Shown: positions 57,232 to 64,000 of the stretch, piece by piece
Layout: the number at the start of each line of letters is the position of its first letter
Numbering within the stretch: position 1 is the stretch's first letter
Source of the DNA: Candidatus Omnitrophota bacterium
GTDB taxonomy: Bacteria; Omnitrophota; Omnitrophia; Omnitrophales; Aquincolibacteriaceae
Direction of reading: 5' to 3'
DNA: 64,000 bases
NCBI GenBank assembly: GCA_043732705.1
Contig: JAYTHE010000025.1
Location: 315-64,314, forward strand
Program-made: the position numbers and the translations under genes
Notes under the pieces: model-generated
Databases searched by the model: none
What the model saw: only the letters and a program-made list of their open reading frames with translations
What the model was told of the DNA's origin: nothing

Positions 57232-57734
57232 GCTTGATTCAACCCCAAATATTCCGCGTAGGCCTGCGTAATATCATTGCTTTGTTGAGAACTGATCTGT
57301 TTCCCCGAAAGATTACTCTTTGCATTTCGCCTTTTCCCCTGAGAAGTCTCTTTCCGCGACAAGCCTAAAAAATTTGCTACAGACGTTGATTTTACCTTAA
57401 AAGCGCGTGCACTGTTACAAACATAATTATCATCTGAAACAATCGATGCAAAACGCGGCTGAGTTTGACGCAGATAATCAACGATACGATCATCAGCTTC
57501 CTCGCCTGTCATCGTATAAATGACTTCAAGTCGCCCGACAGATTCATCTGGAGAAAAGACATCGGACTTACCGTCAAAAACTATTGTAATTTTCGCAACA
57601 TCTCCGCGGGTTTGCAATAACGTTTTACAAAAACCGATTAACCCCCGCCGTGCTTCCTCCAAACTGCGAGAAAGCAGCTTTTCAAATGCCGGAGATTTGT
57701 GAATGATGTTATAACCATCTAAAATGTAATGCAT
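57228..57734 (-). CDS. NYN-domain protein (YacP-like).
   Basis: MHYILDGYNIIHKSPAF...TIVFDG...ADDRIVDY. Confidence 0.65.
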   Translation of the reverse strand: MHYILDGYNIIHKSPAFEKLLSRSLEEARRGLIGFCKTLLQTRGDVAKITIVFDGKSDVFSPDESVGRLEVIYTMTGEEADDRIVDYLRQTQPRFASIVSDDNYVCNSARAFKVKSTSVANFLGLSRKETSQGKRRNAKSNLSGKQISSQQSNDITQAYAEYLGLNQA

Positions 57735-57735
57735 G

Positions 57736-58281
57736 TTACATCATCCCCAAATGAAGTTTCGCGGCCTCGGTCATTTTGCCGCGGTCCCAGGCCGGCTCCC
57801 AAACGATTTCAACTTTGGCTTCCGTTACGCCGGGAATGCGTTTTAATTTACTTTCGGCTTCAACTTTTAATACATCGCCCATTCCGCAGCCTGGCGCGGT
57901 CAAAGTCATTTTAACTTCGACTCGGCTTTTTTCATTTTCAAGCGCATAAACTTTGCAGTCATAAACCAAGCCCAGCTCGACAATATTTACCGGAATTTCC
58001 GGGTCAAAAATAGTTTTCAGCCAATCCCAAGCCTGCTCTTCAATCGTTCTTGATTTTCCGTCCACTTCGGTCGGAATCGGCGGTAAAGCTTCTTTTCCGA
58101 GCGCATCCGCATCCTGTCCGGCAATGCGAAGCATTTGCCCGTTTTGCGCGATAATCGTATAACTGCCGCCCAAAGCCTGGGTAATACGTACTTCCATGCC
58201 TTCCGGCAGAGAAACTTCCTCCCCGCTTGGAACCTGTGCCGCAATCACATCACGCGTAAGTTTGATTAATTCATACTTCAT
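57736..58281 (-). CDS. SUF-system Fe-S assembly protein, SufT/DUF59 (MIP18) family.
   Basis: DPEIPVNIVELGLVYD...TAPGCGMG. Adjacent to sufS. Confidence 0.7.
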   Translation of the reverse strand: MKYELIKLTRDVIAAQVPSGEEVSLPEGMEVRITQALGGSYTIIAQNGQMLRIAGQDADALGKEALPPIPTEVDGKSRTIEEQAWDWLKTIFDPEIPVNIVELGLVYDCKVYALENEKSRVEVKMTLTAPGCGMGDVLKVEAESKLKRIPGVTEAKVEIVWEPAWDRGKMTEAAKLHLGMM

Positions 58282-59510
58282 CGGAATAATTCTATAACCT
58301 TGTAAAGCGCATCCACAAAATGATCAATTTCCTGTTTCGTATTATAAAAAGAAAAAGAAGCACGCGCCGTTCCGGCAACGCCCATGATTTCCATGAGAGG
58401 CATGGCGCAATGATGGCCCGTGCGAATCGCGATACCTTCACGGTCTAAAATGGTTCCAATATCCTGCGGATGCGCCTGGCTCAGCGTAAAAGAAATAATT
58501 GCCGAACGTTCCTGCGGTTCACCAATGAACCGTAAACTTAGAATTGCTTTCATTTTTTCGAAAGCGTAGCTCGTGATTTCTTTTTCATAAGCATGAATAT
58601 TTTCAAGCCCTATGCCGGATAAATAATCAAGCGCCGCACCCAGACCAATTACGCCGGCGATATGCGGCGTGCCGGCTTCAAATTTATACGGTAATTGATT
58701 ATAAGTTGTTTTTTCAAACGTCACTTTTTCAATCATGTCACCGCCGCCTTGATATGGCGGCATGGCTTCTAAATATTCTGTTTTGCCGTACAAAACACCG
58801 ATTCCCGTCGGCGATAAAACTTTGTGCCCTGAAAAAACATAAAAATCAGCATCCAACTCGCGTACATCCACTGGCATATGCCCCACGGCCTGGGCGCCAT
58901 CCACTAAAACCAGAATTTCCTTGGCATGCGCGCGCCTGATCATTTCCCGTACGGGATTCACGGTTCCGATTGCATTTGAAATATGGTTGAAAGCAAAAAG
59001 CTTGGTACGGCTTGTTAACAGCTGATCCAATTCCTGTAAATTTAAATCGCCTTTGGCATTCACCGGCAGCACTTTCAAAGTTGCGCCTTTTTCAGCGCAA
59101 ATCATTTGCCATGGCACAATATTGGAATGATGCTCAAGCGCCGTAATCAAAATTTCATCACCCGTTTTCAGATTAGCGCGGCCAAACGTCTGCGCGACAA
59201 GATTAATGGCTTCGGTCGCGCCTCTCGTAAAAATAATTTCCTTTTCAGAAGCGGCATTCAGAAATTTTTTAATTTTAATGCGCGCGTTTTCATAAGCCAT
59301 GGTGGCTTTTTCACTCAAACAAAAAACACCGCGGTGAATATTCGCGTTTTGAGTTTCGTAATACCAGCGTACGGCATCAATGACAGCACGCGGTTTTTGC
59401 GAAGTTGCGGCATTATCAAAGTAAATCAAAGGTTTACCGTGGGCTTTCTCCGCAAGAATCGGAAAATCGCGGCGATAAGTTTCAGGGTTAAACCCCGGGA
59501 TAGTTGTCAT
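58278..59510 (-). CDS. sufS: Cysteine desulfurase SufS.
   Basis: FDNAATSQKP...class-V aminotransferase...SGHKVLSPTGIGVLY (PLP Lys)...RTGHHCA. ATG at 59508-59510. Confidence 0.9.
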   Translation of the reverse strand: MTTIPGFNPETYRRDFPILAEKAHGKPLIYFDNAATSQKPRAVIDAVRWYYETQNANIHRGVFCLSEKATMAYENARIKIKKFLNAASEKEIIFTRGATEAINLVAQTFGRANLKTGDEILITALEHHSNIVPWQMICAEKGATLKVLPVNAKGDLNLQELDQLLTSRTKLFAFNHISNAIGTVNPVREMIRRAHAKEILVLVDGAQAVGHMPVDVRELDADFYVFSGHKVLSPTGIGVLYGKTEYLEAMPPYQGGGDMIEKVTFEKTTYNQLPYKFEAGTPHIAGVIGLGAALDYLSGIGLENIHAYEKEITSYAFEKMKAILSLRFIGEPQERSAIISFTLSQAHPQDIGTILDREGIAIRTGHHCAMPLMEIMGVAGTARASFSFYNTKQEIDHFVDALYKVIELFR

Positions 59511-59514
59511 AGGA

Positions 59515-60834
59515 TCAGCTCCGCGGCTCAGAGCTAGAACTAAACAGCCCAATCAAAGTAATTTTGAGCTGTTCTTGAAAAAAAGAACGCAAAGATCCGC
59601 ATGCAATTGAATCTAAAATTTTTTCCACGAATCCCGCCGCAAGCATTTTTTCGGCATTCGCGCGGCTGATCCCACGCGACCTTAAATAAAACAAACTGTC
59701 TTCATCCAATTGGCCGATGGCCGCGCCATGCGAACACTGCACGTCATCCGCGTCAATTTCAAGCTGGGGCTTGGTATCCGCGCGCGCTTCATCGGAAAGT
59801 AAAAGCGTCTTATGAACCTGGCGCGCGTCGGTTTTTTGAGCTTCGCGGCAAACACGCACCCGTCCGCCAAAAACCGCACGCGACTTACCTGAAAGTAAAT
59901 TCCGGTAGGATTGATCGCTCGCGGCCGCAGGCACAGCATGATTCACCATAACCTGCGTGTCGAGATGGCGCTCGCCTGCTCCAAGGCCGATACCTTTGAG
60001 CGAGCAAACGGCTCCGCTGCCGGCAAATTCAACGTTAATCTCATTTCTCGAAACCTTGGCGCCAGAATCCAAATCAAGACGGTGATAATTAGTTTTTCCT
60101 TCCAATCGAATCTCAGAAGCGGAACGCAGCCAAGTACCCTTGCCCGCCTGCTGAAGACGCAAATGTTCAAGCTGCGCGGACGGCGCCAAGCTGATCTGCA
60201 TCTCCTGATTTAAAAATAAATCCGTATCGCTTAAGTGGTCATGCCACTCCACGATTTTCAACACCGCTTGTTCACCTAAAGAAATCACATGCCGAAGCTG
60301 GGCTGTCCGGTTTGATTCCGTGGAATTCTGCAAAAAATAAATCAAAAGCGGCGCCTCCGGTTTGGCCCCCGGATGAACATGCAGCCAAACCCCGTCTTGA
60401 AAAAGCGCGGCATTCATCGCCGCAAGGCCGGTTAGTTTTTCCGGCGCAATCGCAAGTGCGTTGGGACGATTCGCCGCCAATTCACGCATGCTTGAAAAAT
60501 CAACTGTGTCCGCCAGAGGCTTAATATCCGAAAGCATGGGCATAAACCAGCCGTCGATAAAAACCAGCCGTGCCGAGCTCTTAAAAGATTCGAAACGAAT
60601 ACGCAAATGCTCCAGCGTATGGGCATCTATTTTTGATAAGCCCGAAAAATGAAACTCGCGCGAAGCAATAAATGCAGTTGAGGTATAACGCCAAGCTTCA
60701 TCTTTTTGAGTTGGGAATCCGGATTCCTCAAAATTCTTGAGCGCGTGCAGGCGAATTTCTTTTAAAGAATCCCGTGCCTGAGCTTCCTTCCCTAAGTTCT
60801 CATTCCATGTTTTCTTGTCTGTGCTAGGAATCAT
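59515..60834 (-). CDS. sufD: Fe-S cluster assembly protein SufD.
   Basis: C-terminal beta-helix region (LLLSDEARADTKPQLEIDADDVQCSHGAAIGQLDEDSLFYLRSRGIS). Operon position between sufC and sufS. Confidence 0.8.
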   Translation of the reverse strand: MIPSTDKKTWNENLGKEAQARDSLKEIRLHALKNFEESGFPTQKDEAWRYTSTAFIASREFHFSGLSKIDAHTLEHLRIRFESFKSSARLVFIDGWFMPMLSDIKPLADTVDFSSMRELAANRPNALAIAPEKLTGLAAMNAALFQDGVWLHVHPGAKPEAPLLIYFLQNSTESNRTAQLRHVISLGEQAVLKIVEWHDHLSDTDLFLNQEMQISLAPSAQLEHLRLQQAGKGTWLRSASEIRLEGKTNYHRLDLDSGAKVSRNEINVEFAGSGAVCSLKGIGLGAGERHLDTQVMVNHAVPAAASDQSYRNLLSGKSRAVFGGRVRVCREAQKTDARQVHKTLLLSDEARADTKPQLEIDADDVQCSHGAAIGQLDEDSLFYLRSRGISRANAEKMLAAGFVEKILDSIACGSLRSFFQEQLKITLIGLFSSSSEPRS

Positions 60835-60838
60835 AAAT

Positions 60839-61594
60839 TTAATTTTTGGCTGCAGCCTCGCGGACCCAGTCATAACCTCTTTCTTCCAACTCTAATGCCA
60901 GAGACTTGTCGCCTGATTTCACAATTTTCCCGTCCATCAAGACATGCACAAAGTCAGGCTGAATATAACCGAGCAGCCTTTGATAATGCGTCACCAAAAC
61001 AAAAGCGCGTTCTTTGGATCTTAAGCGGTTCACGCCTTCCGAAATAATTTTCAGCGCATCAATATCAAGTCCTGAGTCTGTCTCATCCAACAGTCCGAGC
61101 TTTGGTTTTAGCATCGCCATTTGTAAAATTTCATTACGCTTCTTTTCACCGCCCGAAAAGCCTTCGTTCACGGGACGGTTTAAAAACCCTGCGTCCATTT
61201 CCACTGCTTTCATTTCTTCACGCGCTTGCTTTAAAAACTCCGCAGCATCTAATTCTTTTCCGCCTTGCGATAAACGCAATTCATTTACCGCTGTGCGCAG
61301 AAAATAGGAGTTGCTCACGCCCGGAACATCGACAGGATATTGAAATGCAAGAAACACGCCCGCACGCGAACGTTCCTCGACACTCATATCAAACAAATTT
61401 TTCCCCAGAAAAACGGCGGTCCCCTGTGTCACGGTATAGGCCGGATGTCCCGCAAGCGCGCGAGCCAGCGTACTTTTTCCGGAACCATTCGGCCCCATAA
61501 TCGCATGCACTTCCCCCGCTTTGACGGAGAGGTTAATCCCTTTCAAGATTTCAATACCATTCACAGACACATGTAAATTTTTAATTTCGAGCAT
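60839..61594 (-). CDS. sufC: Fe-S cluster assembly ATPase SufC.
   Basis: [46 protein letters not shown] signature [11 protein letters not shown]. Confidence 0.9.
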   Translation of the reverse strand: MLEIKNLHVSVNGIEILKGINLSVKAGEVHAIMGPNGSGKSTLARALAGHPAYTVTQGTAVFLGKNLFDMSVEERSRAGVFLAFQYPVDVPGVSNSYFLRTAVNELRLSQGGKELDAAEFLKQAREEMKAVEMDAGFLNRPVNEGFSGGEKKRNEILQMAMLKPKLGLLDETDSGLDIDALKIISEGVNRLRSKERAFVLVTHYQRLLGYIQPDFVHVLMDGKIVKSGDKSLALELEERGYDWVREAAAKN

Positions 61595-61718
61595 AATTTC
61601 CTTTAGGCCAAATCTGAAAGCTTAAAGCTCAAAACCATAACTTAAAACCCTCTAACTGTTCGGACACTTTCAGTTTTGATCTGTAACTTTGAGCTTTTAG
61701 ATTTAACCCTTAACCTTT

Positions 61719-63158
61719 TTATCCCACACTGCCTTCTAAACTGACATTCAATAACTTGGATGCTTCCACGGCGAATTCCATGGGCAATTCCTTAAATACC
61801 TGCTTACAAAAACCATTCACAATCATGGAAACTGCGTTTTCGGCGCCGATGCCGCGCGACCGGCAATAAAAAAGCTGATCTTCACTGATCTTCGATGTAG
61901 TCGCTTCATGTTCCACACGCGCCGTTTTATTTTCAACTTCAATATACGGAAAAGTATTCGCTGAACATTGCGAACCGATTAAAAGCGAGTCGCATTGGGT
62001 GTAATTCCGCGCGCCCTGCGCCTTGGGTAAAATTTTGACCAGCCCGCGGTAGGTGTTTTTTCCGAGGCGCGCTGAAATCCCTTTGGAAATAATCGTGCTC
62101 TTCGTATTTTTTCCGATATGAATCATTTTTGTGCCCGTATCCGCCTGCTGATGATGATTCGTCAGCGCCACGGAATAAAATTCACCGACTGAATGATCAC
62201 CCTGCAAAATCACGCTCGGATATTTCCATGTGATGGCCGATCCGGTTTCAACCTGCGTCCAGGAAATTTTAGAATTTTCGCCCGCGCATTTGCCACGTTT
62301 CGTCACAAAATTATAAATTCCGCCTTTGCCTTCGCGCCCGCCGGTATACCAATTCTGAACCGTAGAATATTTAATTTGCGCGTTTTTGTGGGCAACCAGC
62401 TCAACCACGGCGGCATGCAGCTGATTGCGGTCACGCATCGGGGCCGTGCAACCTTCAAGATAAGAAACATGCGAGTCTTCTTCGGCCACAATCAGTGTTC
62501 TTTCAAACTGCCCTGTTTCAGCGGCATTGATGCGGAAATAAGTCGAAAGCTCCATCGGGCAACGCACACCTTTTGGAATATAAACAAAAGAACCGTCGCT
62601 GAAAACAGCAGCATTTAATGCCGCAAAAAAATTGTCGCTGACCGGCACGACTGACCCGAGATATTTTTTAATCAAATCCGGATGTTCTTTAACAGCTTCC
62701 GAAAAGGAACAAAAAATCACGCCGGCTTTTTTAAGCGAATCTTTGAATGTCGTTGCAACCGAAACACTGTCAAATACGGCATCCACCGCGATACCTGCTA
62801 GACGGCTTTGTTCTTCAAGAGGAATACCCAGCTTTTTATAAGTTTCGAGCAGTTCGGGGTCAACCTCGTCCAAACTTTTGGGGCCGTCTTTGGAAGACTT
62901 TGGCGCAGAATAATAAATGACGTCCTGATAATCAATTTTCGGATAACTGACATTCTGCCAATGCGGCTCTTCCATGCGTAGCCACGTTTGATAAGCTTTG
63001 AGACGCAACTCCAACATCCATGCCGGTTCATTTTTTTTGGCAGAAATCGCGCGAACAACGTCCTCGCTCAAGCCTTTAGGCAAAGCATCTGCGTCAATCT
63101 TGGTTACAAAACCATATTGATAATCTTGATTAATAAAATCTTTGGCAGTTTTCTTCAT
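61719..63158 (-). CDS. sufB: Fe-S cluster assembly protein SufB.
   Basis: DYQYGFVT...conserved SufB C-terminal beta-helix ([10 protein letters not shown]...[21 protein letters not shown]). 479 aa. Confidence 0.9.
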   Translation of the reverse strand: MKKTAKDFINQDYQYGFVTKIDADALPKGLSEDVVRAISAKKNEPAWMLELRLKAYQTWLRMEEPHWQNVSYPKIDYQDVIYYSAPKSSKDGPKSLDEVDPELLETYKKLGIPLEEQSRLAGIAVDAVFDSVSVATTFKDSLKKAGVIFCSFSEAVKEHPDLIKKYLGSVVPVSDNFFAALNAAVFSDGSFVYIPKGVRCPMELSTYFRINAAETGQFERTLIVAEEDSHVSYLEGCTAPMRDRNQLHAAVVELVAHKNAQIKYSTVQNWYTGGREGKGGIYNFVTKRGKCAGENSKISWTQVETGSAITWKYPSVILQGDHSVGEFYSVALTNHHQQADTGTKMIHIGKNTKSTIISKGISARLGKNTYRGLVKILPKAQGARNYTQCDSLLIGSQCSANTFPYIEVENKTARVEHEATTSKISEDQLFYCRSRGIGAENAVSMIVNGFCKQVFKELPMEFAVEASKLLNVSLEGSVG

Positions 63159-63682
63159 AGAGAGATTTTCTCGGTAGATTTAAACTGCGGCTGAGCCTGT
63201 GGCTCAGAGCGATTAAGTTGCAGTGCCGAAGCCGCAGAGCTTGAATGTAACTGCACCTCGAAAGCTTCCAGCTGGTTTTCCGCAATCATCCGCAAAGTCA
63301 CTTTTTCGTAAAGCTGCGCGAGTGTATTTTTTGTTAAATTCCAAACCGGCTTTAAGCCACAAAGTTCATGATGCGTGCAGGTAATGTTCTTACGAACATC
63401 CGGTTCGCAAAAGACATCAAACAAACCGCCTTCCAAAGCGCTGACAATTTCTTTAAGTGTAATTGTTTCGGGCGTACGCGTTAAAGCGTAGCCACCCTGA
63501 GCGCCCTGTCTGGAAGACACAATGCCTGCCGCACGCAAAGACTGTAGAATTTTTTCGATATAGGCGGAGGGATATTGTTCGTCACGCACAATATCCTTGA
63601 CCGTAACCGGGTTCAAAGAACCATGGCGAACCATATATACAAGACAAACCAGACCATATTCTGTTTTAGTGGTAAAGCGCAT
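63155..63682 (-). CDS. Rrf2-family transcriptional regulator (IscR/SufR-like) preceding the SUF operon.
   Basis: [17 protein letters not shown]...[41 protein letters not shown]. Three Cys ([17 protein letters not shown]) for a possible Fe-S cluster. Confidence 0.8.
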   Translation of the reverse strand: MRFTTKTEYGLVCLVYMVRHGSLNPVTVKDIVRDEQYPSAYIEKILQSLRAAGIVSSRQGAQGGYALTRTPETITLKEIVSALEGGLFDVFCEPDVRKNITCTHHELCGLKPVWNLTKNTLAQLYEKVTLRMIAENQLEAFEVQLHSSSAASALQLNRSEPQAQPQFKSTEKISL

Positions 63683-63779
63683 AAGTTAGATATTCTATCA
63701 TTTTATCTCGGACTAAAATAGTCCGAGATAGGCATAAAAAAACACCGCCCTCTCTTGGAAAGGGCGGTGTTTGAGAAGC

Positions 63780-64000
63780 TTAAACCGCGGCCGGAACTGC
63801 CTTTTTAGCAGCCGGTACCGGCTTTTTAATGAAGTCTTCGGTCATTTGATAAGCTTCATCGTCCGTATACTGAATCGGAGGATGCTTCTTAAAATAAGCC
63901 GAGGGGCCATATAAAATTCCGCCCTCACCGCGCATTAAAGCAACTTTGCAGCAGCGAATCGAATCAATTGCCACGCCCGCAGAATTCGGGGAATCTTCTA
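63780..64000 (-). CDS. C-terminal end of an unidentified gene that starts beyond the window.
   Basis: Open frame reaching the window edge. ...[52 protein letters not shown]. The apparent M in the ORF track is a GTG. Confidence 0.4.
   Translation of the reverse strand, partial: EDSPNSAGVAIDSIRCCKVALMRGEGGILYGPSAYFKKHPPIQYTDDEAYQMTEDFIKKPVPAAKKAVPAAV

Overview
This 64 kb window appears to be chromosomal DNA from an uncultivated bacterium with about 48% GC; its lineage is not identifiable from sequence alone. Most genes run on the minus strand and are tightly packed.

Housekeeping content:
- a partial leuS gene;
- tRNA-Leu(CAA), Ala(GGC), Glu(TTC) and Lys(TTT);
- the rpsB-tsf-pyrH-frr operon;
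- metF;
- an sdhCAB/frd operon with a single cytochrome b subunit;
- a complete SUF Fe-S operon: Rrf2 regulator, sufBCDS, SufT;
- sodC, msrA, surE, acpS, arfB, sixA;
- a YefM/YoeB toxin-antitoxin pair;
- a nucleotide-sugar modification cluster (C-methyltransferase, SDR, cupin ketoisomerase-like, UXS-like dehydratase, GT87-like membrane glycosyltransferase).

The dominant feature is a single uninterrupted 22,668-nt ORF at 22028..44695 on the minus strand. It encodes a 7,555-aa protein with, in order:
- a signal peptide;
- a TraB/TIKI-like N-terminal domain;
- several dynein/midasin-type AAA_5 ATPase modules (two intact Walker A sites);
- a K/E/R-rich coiled-coil segment;
- roughly 11 kb of diverged repeats of 140-170 aa (a conserved DPEAAY-type box that is also conserved at DNA level, plus leucine-rich-repeat-like tandem duplications).

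Three short interspersed repeat families are present.
- Family 1 is GC-rich and palindromic, in the REP/RPE style, with four copies. One copy sits in-frame inside leuS and two sit exactly at the sdhC-sdhA and sdhA-sdhB junctions. The sdhA-sdhB copy is accompanied by a roughly 75-nt duplicated 5' fragment of sdhB.
- Family 2 is a roughly 113-nt element with a conserved CGCGGAGGCGTAG...CTACGCCGCACAAGGAAG core and near-inverted termini. All four copies are co-oriented; two abut tRNA 3' ends.
- Family 3 is a CACAGCGCTGAG box followed by a hairpin, present twice.

Other oddities:
- a bactofilin fused to an excisionase-type HTH, next to a membrane-anchored HTH protein;
- a frameshifted ORF6N gene with a related palindrome upstream;
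- a truncated tRNA-Glu copy;
- a 17-nt duplicate of the tRNA-Ala 5' end.
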